Positions 34,501 to 45,199 of a stretch of DNA of 64,000 nt are shown piece by piece. Made by a program: the position numbers and the translations under genes. The notes below the pieces were generated by a model that was not told the origin of the DNA, did no database searches, and saw only the letters and a program-made list of their open reading frames with translations. The stretch is from assembly GCA_963825865.1 (NCBI GenBank), contig CAWGVG010000057.1, forward strand, positions 32,001-96,000, read 5' to 3'. The stretch is from an uncultured Nitrososphaeraceae archaeon (GTDB lineage Archaea; Thermoproteota; Nitrososphaeria; Nitrososphaerales; Nitrososphaeraceae). The first letter of the stretch is position 1, and the number at the start of each line of letters is the position of its first letter.

Positions 34501-35039
34501 TTTAGAGCTTCCGCTTTCTTATCATCAAAATATGAGAGTCCGATAATGTCTTCGATAATCTTTCTGCGTTCTTCTGGGTTTAATTCAGATATACGGGTTA
34601 TCATTCCCTGTTGAACAATATTCATCTTGTTTGGGGAGGCAAGAACAATTTCCAGTAATTCCACGATAGTGGTTTTCGATACTTTTTTACCGTTAAGATA
34701 ATACTGACTATCACCTGTTTGCCCTTCCATCTCTCTAGTTAGACTTACAGAATCAGAATCTACAGGAATTGTCCTATCTGAATTATCAAAAGTTAAACAG
34801 ACACGAATGAGTCTATGAGATCTATTTTGACTGTCATGGAATAACGATTGAAATTTATCAACACGTAATGCTTTGGGACTATTCTCACCTACGGCGAACA
34901 TTATGGCATCCAATATGTTGCTTTTTCCGGAGCCGTTAGGACCTGTAACTGCAACAAGTCCTTTCTCAAGGTTTATCACAGTATTCTTAAAACCAAATGA
35001 CTTGAAACCATAAATTTCAAGCTTTTTAATGTATACCAA
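31515..35039 (-). CDS. smc: chromosome segregation protein SMC
   Basis: GFKSF, GPNGSGKSN, long coiled coils, a central hinge, LSGGEKT, MDEVDAHLD. Confidence 0.97.
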   Translation of the reverse strand: MVYIKKLEIYGFKSFGFKNTVINLEKGLVAVTGPNGSGKSNILDAIMFAVGENSPKALRVDKFQSLFHDSQNRSHRLIRVCLTFDNSDRTIPVDSDSVSLTREMEGQTGDSQYYLNGKKVSKTTIVELLEIVLASPNKMNIVQQGMITRISELNPEERRKIIEDIIGLSYFDDKKAEALKQLEESDRRLEVALARMGEIRKRIDELEAERNGQLRYEQLESEIKRFKAVSISNSIRTIRNKLEFQKKILDSNTVRSSELSKQIEELHLQIEKIESEKSIFIEKMDVENKAKAQIGTKITRIVYESERKKAMLKESQQRFLHIEKRIHVIDTDKQNIIRKLESLRSGIEQKQSITNDRSDKISILQYELERVNSQIDILTARTSKYNNVKRKQEDRYKRLSIIKNDIDISIARLEEKLKINSDKNKFNESEILSLKTEIDESEIIIADHRKTTELEKTKLDAAVKFIENSKKTKIILEKELANSLKLLDRAENLTVKYETKVNIAKNAMNEDFAIAELMKDSEEFGIKGLVHNTIKWDKNYERSVLAAGSEWMKAFVVDDIKSMISLAEYAKRKKLPRLKIIPLDIVSRGKRSYVSNDDVNIVGNLANFVYSDYKNLPDFLFGNTILVKKSSAAYMLAKEGYRAVSINGMLFEPFGGSTSLDFGSKISDLTKAILLSNSVDALRCSLTTLKTLIENKSCDLNENTLKINNAEFEKIKILAKIDSIILENSVTVKSKDQAKRTLEQLVLNKSSVQSEYRSLLHDLEKHQRRMSILMPTIKRVAERLQSIDDTVVRNEFAQINMKKNEILRSIERINIELRQITTSSIALNNEIEISLQRVRGMDDENEELKVELKQRSDLSNELQTKLESIEAEIKILRDQEQQIIDSSGTSYSVLQVYEQKIKQLTENERKVSKEYNSIERENAVYRRDILDITSQESRLTSDLHWLGYKDLMEAFDVDMVIKELTDEYEILKTQINLRAHESYVQVIEGYRGMSNRKNQLESERNSIVIFIEEIVKEKKGVFMDAFNKVDNDIRKTFSEVTGGIAWLEIESIDDVFSGGITLMVQFPGKSGRESRALSGGEKTMAATIFLLALQSLKPSPFYLMDEVDAHLDTENNERLSKVLLMRSKDNQIIMVTLKDTSVGKAHMIYGVYPKEGMSQIVRYRHPKQEPLTET

Positions 35040-35122
35040 TGAGTATTAAAATTGAGAATACCAAATGTTAGTTATATATTTAGAGCACAATCTATCTTGA
35101 TTTTTTATAATAAATTTTTAGT

Positions 35123-36196
35123 CTATCGCTCCCGTTTGCCTTCTATAAACTGTACGAAATTTGTTTTTGCTTGTGAGTATGGCATCTGGATAGGGGGATG
35201 CTTAAAACAGTATGCAGAAATACTTTCCAGTGGACCAGAAATACCCCTGTCAATAGCTAATTTTGTTCCTCTTACTGCATCGATCATTACCCCTGCGCTA
35301 TTGTAAGCGTCTACTACTCGAAGTTTAAGATCGAGGTCTACCGGTATATTACCAAAGTATTTCCCTTTAATAGAGATGTAACAAACTTTGTCATTTTCTA
35401 GAAATCCTACAAAATCGGATGGTCCAATACGCATAGGCACTTGATATGGTGCCATTGCTGCTACTGCGCTTGTCTTACTGATTCTTTTATCTTCTAGCCG
35501 TTCCTCATCAAGCATATTGTAAAAGTCCATATCGCCACCTATATTAAGCTGATAAGTCTCATCTATCTTTACTCCTCTATCGACAAACAATTTTACTAGT
35601 GTTTTATGAAGTACGGTGGCCCCTAATTGGCTCATTACATCATCTCCTGCGCACGCAAGACCTTTATCTTCAAATGCTTGTTGCCATTTTGGCATCGAGG
35701 CAATAAAAACAGGGATAGCGTTAATAAAACAAACTCCGGCGTCTAGACATTGCTCAGCATAAAACTGAGTTGCCCGTCTACTGCCAACAGGCAAATAGTT
35801 AAGAAGAATCTCTGTATGAGTATCTTTTAGAATCTTTGCTATGTTAGTGGTAGCAACAAACTTATCAGATATCCTCACCTTTTCGCTATAATGCTTGCCG
35901 ATGCCATCTAAAACTTCGCCCTTTTCTACTTTAACATCCATTTTGTCAACATCAGAGATCTTGACTGTATTATTGGGTTTTGCAAAAATTGCTTCTGAAA
36001 GATCTTTCCCTACCTTAGAGTCTATGACGTCGAAGGCCGCAACAAATTCAACATCGCCGGGTTCAAGACCACCCAAATTGTAGGCAGTAATACCAACAGA
36101 ATCTTCTTTATTGTTTTTATAATAATGAGTGCCTTGAATAAGAGCTGATGCACAATTTCCAACACCAGCAATAGCAACTCGAACTTTTTTATGCAT
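35123..36196 (-). CDS. ino1: myo-inositol-1-phosphate synthase
   Basis: Motifs GVGNCASALIQG, NYLPVGS, GDD..SQLGAT, YQLNIGGDMDF, SKTSAV. Confidence 0.93.
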   Translation of the reverse strand: MHKKVRVAIAGVGNCASALIQGTHYYKNNKEDSVGITAYNLGGLEPGDVEFVAAFDVIDSKVGKDLSEAIFAKPNNTVKISDVDKMDVKVEKGEVLDGIGKHYSEKVRISDKFVATTNIAKILKDTHTEILLNYLPVGSRRATQFYAEQCLDAGVCFINAIPVFIASMPKWQQAFEDKGLACAGDDVMSQLGATVLHKTLVKLFVDRGVKIDETYQLNIGGDMDFYNMLDEERLEDKRISKTSAVAAMAPYQVPMRIGPSDFVGFLENDKVCYISIKGKYFGNIPVDLDLKLRVVDAYNSAGVMIDAVRGTKLAIDRGISGPLESISAYCFKHPPIQMPYSQAKTNFVQFIEGKRER

Positions 36197-36554
36197 ATAA
36201 CATGACTACCAATAGAGTCGATTTATATATTTATGTGGAATAAATAGATCTATATGTATATCATTAAAATATTTCACTCTATATATTACACAATATGTAA
36301 ATCATAGCAAGCTGAAGATTTGGCCGCATACTGCATCTTGTCAGGAATCAGCAGTATGATTCCTGATAGTAAAATAGTTCTATACATAGAGTCTACCTAT
36401 AATCTCGCATTAGTTGTAACATTGGCATTCTTGATTGATTTTATGTATTATATTCTCTTAACGACAACGTACATCACTACTAGCTATGTGATTTATCGGG
36501 ATCTATGTGTGAATCAGATTTTTCATAGATCCTGTAACATTTAACATCAATGAC

Positions 36555-36713
36555 TTATTTATCAATAGCAGAATCAATAAGCATTAGTATGTATTCTCTT
36601 GGTGTTATGTCTTTATCATGCTGATCTTTATACCTCTTACATATCTCTAAAAGATTATTGTATCTGTCTTCTTCTAGTACAAGTTTAATTTCATAGTGTT
36701 TTTTCTCTTCCAT
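36555..36713 (-). CDS. small hypothetical protein
   Basis: MEEKKHYEIKLVLEE...ITPREYILMLIDSAIDK, with a TATA-like tttatata upstream. Confidence 0.55.
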   Translation of the reverse strand: MEEKKHYEIKLVLEEDRYNNLLEICKRYKDQHDKDITPREYILMLIDSAIDK

Positions 36714-37182
36714 GTTTTCATATTGAGTAGGAAGGATTAAAATGATTATCATCTTTTATATAAAAAAGAAGATGGTGGAACAATGACATAAAAATCAAGG
36801 AAATTAAATTATATGCCACTATGAAGTTAAGCTTTCAGCTATAGATAGGCAAATTGTACGTCATGTAATGCTAAAAACCAAAATTGGATTAGATGAGAGA
36901 TCTCATGATGAGCGTTCAACTTAATCGAATCAGTAAGAATTGGACGAAAAAGGCAAAAATTATAACATCACATATTTTGCGTTTAAAAATGATAAATGAT
37001 TATCTGTTTGAAATATAGATATAAGAATTGTTAAGAAATAAGATGGAACACTACTCATTTGATATACAAAAATTTCTTATAGAATAATGATTGAGCATCA
37101 TTCTAACTTAAAGGATAAAAAGTTTCAAAACCTTTGGGACTCACCAGTTTAATGTATATTCAGTATGTTTATTTTTTTATGT

Positions 37183-39627
37183 TTAAGTGTTGGCTTGTTT
37201 TTTAGCACGAAAGATTAAGACCTGCGGCATTTGTCCTTCAATGAAGTTTGTATCCTTCCAATCTTTTGGAAGGTATGTTTTTCCTATATTTCCAAGAGCT
37301 ATTTGAAACCCAGTATCCAGTATGATTGCTATTAGTTCCTTAAACATGATACTATTTATTCCTAAATCTGTGAGCAGTTGTAGTGTACCTCCTGCCGTTA
37401 ATTTCGCGGGTAGGATTGCAAACAAGGATCTAAGTGATATTTTTTCTTGCATAGTAATAAAGTATACAAAATTCTGTGGTAAAACTATAAGGAAATTATC
37501 AATTGATTTGTCTAAGATATGCGGCAGTAGTTTCCGTATATCTCCCCAGAAAGCTGAGGCATTTGGCGGATCCAAATCAGCAAACTTCGATTTCGCTTGC
37601 AATACTTCGATTTGATCTGTTCCAATACCGATAAAATATTCTGCCCAGTTGTTGGCAGCAATTTGCTGTAGCATCTCGCCTGTACGCATGCCTATTTCAA
37701 TGTTAACTTTAAGATATAAATTTCTGGTTTTGCTAATTGTTCTATTAAGCTGAGTTGAAGGGTTGCCTTCGTGGAAGAACTGATAGACCATATTCCATCG
37801 TTGCTTAAAGATAACAGGAAAGTGTCGCATATTGATTAATTCTTGAAAAAGATCAGTTTCAGCAAAATCTGAAAAGAATGCATCAGTCCTAGAAACTGCT
37901 TCGACTTTTGGAAGGTCTAACTCATCATAAAGGTTGGTAACTCTATCCCAAGCTCTAATGGGGTCAGAACCCATGTATGTTACAGCAAGGTCTGCAATCC
38001 ATAAAATCTCACTCAATAATTTAATTTTATCAGAATCTTGTTTTTGCTTGCCAGGTAGATTCATTAGTTGAGTAAACTTTTCTTGGGCGAGCTTTTGTTT
38101 GAAGTATGGAAAATCGGTTCGCCATATTAAAGCTTCCACAATGATACTTTCTGTGGGTTTCTGGTTCGTCTCTACCTTGACATATTCTGGATGCGTTGTG
38201 GCAAATTCTACAGAAGGTAATAATGCGGATTTGTATTCTCGAAAATAATTTTCAAATTCAATTCCATCCATAGTAAAATAAGCATCAAGAATTCGTGTTT
38301 TGTGTATCCCATTAATAGTACTAGAGACTTTGGGGCCTTTTGGCTGCCGTGTCCCATTACTGACTTGAAACTTTGGATACATTGTTTGAGCAGGATCATA
38401 GTCATGTAAAAGACCGGCTATCAGAATTAGCTCATAATCTTTTGAAGTGAAACTATAACCACGAAATTCTTTTGGTAACAATTGTAGACTCAAATAAGTC
38501 ACCTCAAGACTATGGTGGAAGTTGTGGTACTCACTTGAGCCTTCCCCAAGTCCCTGTTTGGTATATGTATTTTTCAGAAAACGTAGAAGCGAGTGGATGT
38601 TATCGATTCTATTAGTAGGAATTCCTTTCTGTATTGCGACTTCCATTATAGCGGCAATCAATTTGTTTTCCTCTATGTTTGCAAGATTTGTATTTGTATC
38701 ATCAATGATACGTTTTTTTGCTCCAGGAAAATACCTAACAACCTCCTTGTAAATAATTCTAAGGGGCAAACTTTTGTTAATATAAATTCCAAGCGCTGTA
38801 GCTTTCCATGGGTATTGGATTCGTGGTTTTTCACGCTCAATAATTTCATTTGCAGCAAGCACAAGTTTTTTGTTAAGATCCGCAATTATAGAGCTCAATT
38901 CCGGACCGTCAATATTCAATTCCTCCTTTTGTTTTGCAAATCGAAGACGATCAGTGTTCATTACAATCCATTGTGGGATTTTTACTCTATAGATATAACG
39001 CTTCCGTGATTTTCGCCCAGAACTAATTCTTAAAAGAGGTTCCTTAAAAGTAAGCGCAACGTTCTCCATACCAGATGTGAATGGAAGATCTCGATCCCGC
39101 ACAACTTGTAACATAATTTCTTTATTACCAGTTTGAAATCCTAACAATATATGCCAGTATTTTCCTTTATCAAGCCATCCTGGAACTTGAGTCTCCTTAT
39201 CCCAGAAATCTACTGGACCAAGAGGAGCATACCCATTTTCATATTCTTTAGTTTCAGGGTTATAAGAGCTATATTCATAATCACCTATCACTCGGATCAT
39301 TTTCGAGCTAGATCTCTTGCCTCTTTTACGAGATTTGCAGATCGGGTGAATTCACTGATACCCCATTACTCCCCAGATAGTGCCTAGTGCACTGAATAAT
39401 GTGAATAAATTGGCCCTTATATCAATTTCATTATCTGCAAGGTATTTAGGTGCAAGTGGAATTCCAAACCAGCCTGTGGATAAAAGACCCGAAAATGCTA
39501 ATGTAATAAATAACCATCGCGCAAGATCATTATAATAGAGACTAAATGATTTACCATTAACTTTACGGTTTGCGTGCGAAGAATTGTTGTTTTTACAATT
39601 ATCCTTGATATCAGGTCCAAATTTCAA
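37183..39627 (-). CDS. membrane-anchored HD/PDEase-domain protein, frameshifted near 39310-39360
   Basis: N-terminal 2-TM ORF 39352-39627 plus a 705-aa ORF with YHNFHH, GLLHDYD, LIWRTD and LWIADL. Confidence 0.75.
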
Positions 39628-40421
39628 TGCTTATGCCTGCCAGTATAAAATTACCGATTGAAAGAGGATTATATATTACGTGCATTTCAAAGTCTTTTTT
39701 AAAGGATATGACATCATTCAATCATGTCCTCGGCAGCCATCATTAAGATCAGGCTTATCAATAAGTTTTCTCTTATGCGATCTAAACACAGATACCTTTG
39801 TTGTGTGTGTAAAATAGGAAGACAATAGTATTCGATCATTCTGTTACTAACCATTATTAGTTTGCCATTGGTATATGATGAATCATTTTGTTTTGAATAC
39901 TAGGGTGTATGTAAAGTATAACAAAAATTTAAGAGACGCAAAGATGAATATATTCTTTAGCACAAGCACGCAAATTATGGCTGACCTATTTTGTGTAGTA
40001 GTAGTATGAGAACGAGGAGATTTGGTAGCCTTTTGTATCAAAAATATGTCAACTACTCCTCTGGTTTTTTTCAAAATTTGGTCTTTAAGGAGGACCCAAC
40101 ACAAATCCGGGAATAGTATAAATAAGTCAGATGAACACATTAGATCACACATCAAAGGGGGCTTTAACAAACATTTCTCTAAATTAGGATTGAATGTTGA
40201 ATGCCAAAAAATAAAACAGAACAGCACAAAACCTTGAGAATGAATGATGTATAAGTACAGTATATTAATATATTATATAATGAATAATATAATTTTAGTT
40301 GTCTGAATGGAGGGTTTAAGGAATAATAAATTGGTAGCCATTATTTTGGATAAACTGTTTCATTGCGAAAACTGAGAAAGATGATATTTTGATCACCTTT
40401 TAAACTGATAGATGGGTTTAT

Positions 40422-40583
40422 TTATTTTAAATGCCCTTGCTTCCGTAATTCGGAAATTATCTTCATCAAAGTATCATAATCTATGTCTATTTCATTTAGA
40501 ATAACAGAATGATCTACTTTTCCATATTTTCTGATGAATTTTTCAACTGCTTGCTTCTTCTTCTCGTATCTTCTATCCTGCAT
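40422..40583 (-). CDS. small winged-helix-like hypothetical protein
   Basis: MQDRRYEKKKQAVEKFIRKYGKVDHSVILNEIDIDYDTLMKIISELRKQG. Confidence 0.6.
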   Translation of the reverse strand: MQDRRYEKKKQAVEKFIRKYGKVDHSVILNEIDIDYDTLMKIISELRKQGHLK

Positions 40584-41155
40584 TATTATAGTGGCACATT
40601 TAAAGAGGTATATGTTATCTCCCAAACTGGATATGTCTTGGTGAGCAACATACAGATCATTAGTATAGAGTACAGCAGTTGTAGAGACAGCGAGTCTATA
40701 ATAAGATCCCTGCCCTGTAACCTTCATTCTTTACCATGATAGACCATAATTTGGTCGGCCATTTTGTCTTCTTTAACATATATTATAACCGTTATCAAAA
40801 GATCGTGAAATATTATTTATTATAATGACAATTCTATTAGGCTATGATAATTGCATGAAATCTGTAATGTTGCACCAGCTTTGATTATTGCCTCGTGAGA
40901 CGTTATGTTTACCGGGATTTCATGAAACGATAAGAACGAAAACGAAAAAAATGAAACAAGATTTTCTACATCGCTAAGATCATTTATTGATCCATAAAGG
41001 TTAGACAAGATTTCCCATAAGATGTAGTCTTCATATAGAGTATCTGATTCTTACTAGCATAATATTCCTCCTCTCTATCAAACGGTATGTTTCCAAAGAA
41101 ACACACAAAGAATCGCGTTGTATATCGATGCTTAAGCTAATTGAATATTATATAA

Positions 41156-41428
41156 CTATGCTCTTTCATTATGTTTTGTGGTAGTAATCAATTCTCTAAT
41201 TTTATTATATATCTGTAAGAAATGTATGCCCTTTTCTGTTATTCTGTATGTATGCTCGCCTTCTAGATACTCCATCAAGCCATTTTCTATTATAAACGAC
41301 AAATATTCTCTTAACTGTGTATAAGATAAAATTGCTTTGTACATAATCCTTGTCTTGTTAACTCCACCGCTATCATTAACAGTTTCTAAAATTACTGCAA
41401 TTATTTCGGACCTGCTTCGATATTTCAT
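41156..41428 (-). CDS. winged-helix transcriptional regulator (type expanded in Nitrososphaerales)
   Basis: MKYRSRSEII..IL, KTRIMYKA.LSY.QLREYL, YRITEKG. Confidence 0.9.
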   Translation of the reverse strand: MKYRSRSEIIAVILETVNDSGGVNKTRIMYKAILSYTQLREYLSFIIENGLMEYLEGEHTYRITEKGIHFLQIYNKIRELITTTKHNERA

Positions 41429-41785
41429 ATAATTTGCATAATAATGTACTATCTTTTTATAAAAAAGTATAAAGATATTCTCATAAATAGTTTCATTTAA
41501 TTGATAATTTGTGTTACCCCAATAATAAGAGGTTCTATAATTTGGGTATCGATTCTCTGTCAGATGCTATCTGTAAATTATATTGTGTGCTCTACTCCTA
41601 TAATTTCTCTGCATCCTTAATTTTTTCTATTCAACGTAATTGACAGCACAAACATACGAAATGTATGTCATATTTACTTTGTAAATATTGTATTGTATTG
41701 GTAGACCTTTTGTTAGTTAGTAGTTATGTATACAAAGATTACATTAAATCACGAAAACGATAATTTCGTGAGAAATTTACTTAAT

Positions 41786-42831
41786 AGATCTCTTGCGTAA
41801 TTAGGAGCTATAGTCTAACACCCTACTTGTTTTAGCCGTCTTCTTAGATTGAAATGCTGTCAGACTGTATAACTCTGAAGTTCAGGAGAACTGGATATTA
41901 TATCAGATACGTTATTGTACTTCCTTAATCTGTTTCTAAATTTTATACCCATTATTCCAAACTTTTTGATTCTACATATGGTATGTTCTACTATGATCCT
42001 TAGCCTAGAATGATTCTTGTTGTAAGTTCTTTCATCACATGAAAGCAATGTACCCTTTTTCTTTTTGATACGAAGTACAGACTTTACAGTGGGAAAGTCC
42101 TTTTCAATGCCAAGATAACCAAGATCAACTATGTTTTCAACTTGTGATGGAGTTATAGAATGATTGTGTTTGTAAATGTCATAATCATGTTTTCTTCCAC
42201 TTCTGTGACCTGTCTTATGCAGTATCAATCCTTCACTGTTTACCATCAATTGTGTCTTGACAGTATGTTTCTTCTTTCTACCTGAATAGTAACTCTTCCT
42301 TCTTCTTTTGTTCTTAGGTCTTGGAATTTCTTGTTCTGTAGAGTCTATGAAAGCCTTGAATCCAGGAAAGTACTCTTCTACTTCATCTATAGTTCTTAAT
42401 CTCCTAGTACGTTTGTATATCTTCTTTGGCAATGGAATACACTCCTTGATAAGTGGTTCCATCATTGATATATCTCTACAAACATTGCTTTGATCAAGGT
42501 CAAACAGAAATCCTGATAATGTATATGTAATGTATAATCTGTAGTATACTAGAAGCATAACGAATCTTTCTTTAACTTTAAGCTTAAATGGTCTACCAGC
42601 ACCTATATCCCGTATTCTCGTCCTTGATAGAAGACGTCTTCTTCGTGCTCTTCGTAGTTATGTTCAATTTCGTTACAAATGGATTCAAATTCAGATACAG
42701 TTACTCCGGTAAATGACCTGAATATCAAAGGTTTCTTACATAATTTGCTATAGGACATCAAAGAGCTTGTCAGATAGATATCCTATGTGAAGAGGAATAT
42801 AGCTCTAAGCTTCTAATTACACAAGAGATCT
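41786..42831 (-). mobile_element. IS5-family-like element (DDE_Tnp_4 type transposase, frameshifted) with TIRs and a 3-bp target duplication
   Basis: TIR agatctcttg(c/t)gtaattag(g/a)agct at both ends, with AAT flanking both sides. Motifs IDSTEQEIPRP, YSGRKKKHTVK, DLGYLG, RIIVEHTICRIK. Confidence 0.92.
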
Positions 42832-42969
42832 AATACTGTGACATTTATGAAGTGGCTGTCAATGTAAGAAGACTGAGTATAAACGTCAAAGCTGATGCAT
42901 GCTTTCAACATTACATCTGTTAAGTAAATTTATAAATTGCATTAAACTATTCCATATTGAATTCATAGG

Positions 42970-43593
42970 ATGAGCGACAGCATTAAAGAAACTGACAATG
43001 ACGTTATCGAAGTTTATGAAAATGGTGAAGATTCCCTTGAAGAACCTGCTACTTCCGATACTGCCTCGGAAGAACCTGCTACTTCCAATATTTCTACTAT
43101 CAATACAACTACACAAAATATCTCTCAACAACAAGAAACAAAACCTGCTTCTGATTCAAAGTTCTTTGCCATTCGAACGACCGGAGGACAAGAAGATGTG
43201 GTTGCAAATATTTTACAAAATAAAATTAATGCAAAAAAGCTCGGAATTCGTTCAATTCTTGTACTTGAAAACTTTAAAGGATATATAATTGTTGAAGCTC
43301 CTGACTCGAACGTCGCCTACGAAGCGTTATTCGGTATTCGACATGCAAGAGGACAAATTCGTGGAGAACTACCGTTCAAAGATATCGAAGGATATCTTGT
43401 GAAAAAGCCAGTGGTGTCCGATCTTAGCGTTGACGATACAGTCGAAGTTATTGCTGGTCCATTTAAGGCTATGAAAGCAAAAATTACAAGGGTTGATTAT
43501 GAAAAACAGGAAGCTACAGTAGTATTGCTTGATTCACCATATCAAATTCCTGTAACAGTGGATGCAAACTATTTGAAAAAGATAACGCATTAA
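42970..43593 (+). CDS. spt5: transcription elongation factor Spt5 with an acidic N-terminal extension
   Basis: NGN domain FAIRTTGGQE...KGYIIVEA and KOW motif VEVIAGPFK. Confidence 0.95.
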   Translation: MSDSIKETDNDVIEVYENGEDSLEEPATSDTASEEPATSNISTINTTTQNISQQQETKPASDSKFFAIRTTGGQEDVVANILQNKINAKKLGIRSILVLENFKGYIIVEAPDSNVAYEALFGIRHARGQIRGELPFKDIEGYLVKKPVVSDLSVDDTVEVIAGPFKAMKAKITRVDYEKQEATVVLLDSPYQIPVTVDANYLKKITH

Positions 43594-44021
43594 TCACTAT
43601 CTGCAAAAAATAATTCACGTACGGGCAATAATTCAAAATAAAAGTTAATCTTATGGTTATTGGCAGTCTTTGTAAAAGCTAGAGTTGTAGCCGCAGCTTT
43701 TGATATTAAACTGAAAATTACTACAACCTAAATTATTTCTAATATTTATAACCGTAGTTATTTTATTGCATTTCAAATAGTGTGTGTGATGCTAATCTTG
43801 ATAAGTCATATGTCATGCCCAAAAAAGGGAAATTTACTTTTACTAATTTTTCTTCTTATAGACAATGGTCATTTTGTCGATTGCTAGTCAAGTTATCATT
43901 CAGTAGTAACACGTTCCAAACATCGAAAATATCTATGTAATGCCAGAATATGACTTCACTGGATAACTTAGAGTATTTCATCAAGGCTGGTTCCAATACT
44001 TGTTCTACTATCCAAAATGTT

Positions 44022-44420
44022 TGAGGTGGGGCATAATTTGATCACGCAATTTTCAAGGAGTTTTGTTGTAGATTGACTTCCTAACATGTGTTTGATTGCT
44101 TTAGAACGCTCTTTGCGTGTCTTGCAATTATTTTAAATAATGATTTGATAAAGAAGTACTGATAACAAGTAGTATTACCGCTGCTTTCTGACACCTTCTT
44201 ATTTGTAGGGTGTCTATCTTGAAAACGTCTTTGGTGTGTTCTATTATCGGCTCTAGAGATATGCTTACCCAAAGAGTAAATTGCCTGTCCTAATTCGGAT
44301 TCGTAAAATGTATCAACTGTAATCTGTCGCTGGATACGTGATTGTATATTTCTGATACTGGACATACTAGCTCAAACCCTTTGTATGTACTCAAACTATG
44401 CAGCTTATCTGTCGCCATAA
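44022..44420 (-). mobile_element. degraded fragment of the same IS type as 15672-16855 (right end plus transposase 3' part)
   Basis: tgaggtggggcataatttgatcacgcaattttcaag matches the right end of the first IS. FYESELGQAIYS matches FYESKLGQIIYS. Confidence 0.85.
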
Positions 44421-44517
44421 TAAAGGTGCTAAAATGGATATATATATAGTAATATGCTCAATCAGAAAAATCTAAAATAGCTATTGAAGAGATTTATATT
44501 TCAGATTAAAGATTACT

Positions 44518-45006
44518 TTGAACATGGGTGATAAGAAATCGGTATCTGCTCTGGTTAGTGGTGGCGAAGCCAATGCAGGTCCACCACTGGGACCAGCACT
44601 AGGTCCTCTGGGCATAAATGTATTGCAAGTTGTAAATACGATTAATGATAAAACTAAGGATTTTCCAGGAATGAAGGTTCCTGTAAAAGTTGAAGTTGAT
44701 CCTGAGACCAAGAAATTCACGGTTGAAGTTGGAATTCCTCCAACTACAGCTTTGATTGCCAAAGAGGCAAATATAATTAAAGGTTCAGGTACAGCCGGCA
44801 TAAACTATGCCGGAAGTATAACTATGGCTAGTGCTATTAAAATTGCTAAAATGAAGATTGAAAGCTCTTACGCTAAGGATATAAAAGGAGTAGTAAAAGA
44901 AGTAATAGGATCCTGTATGAGTGCTGGCGTGAAAGTTGAAGATAAGCCAGCAAAAGAAGTATACTTAGACATATCAGCGGATAAATATGACGAACTTTTC
45001 AAATAA
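44518..45006 (+). CDS. rpl11: ribosomal protein uL11
   Basis: GGEANAGPPLGPALGPLG, PGMKVPV, GIPPTTALI. Confidence 0.97.
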   Translation: MNMGDKKSVSALVSGGEANAGPPLGPALGPLGINVLQVVNTINDKTKDFPGMKVPVKVEVDPETKKFTVEVGIPPTTALIAKEANIIKGSGTAGINYAGSITMASAIKIAKMKIESSYAKDIKGVVKEVIGSCMSAGVKVEDKPAKEVYLDISADKYDELFK

Positions 45007-45199
45007 TCTTTATCTTCACGAGCACTAATTTACTCACTGAATCTTTAACGATTTTGTTAAATGTGAGCAAACCATTATATTATTATAATAGCGAATGCAG
45101 AAGAACTAAGGATGGATCCAACCATATTTTTGCTACTAATGCACAGGAAAGTAATATCCGCCTTTATGCATATGTGAACATGTAGGCTAAAGATAGCAT

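Noticed and set aside
31789-34614. Plus-strand ORFs inside smc, and similar antisense ORFs within other long genes
   Set aside because: They are shadow frames of well-supported opposite-strand genes and carry no motifs.
39883-40237. Overlapping 114-aa and 71-aa ORFs
   Set aside because: No recognisable motifs, and the composition looks like AT-rich intergenic or decayed sequence.
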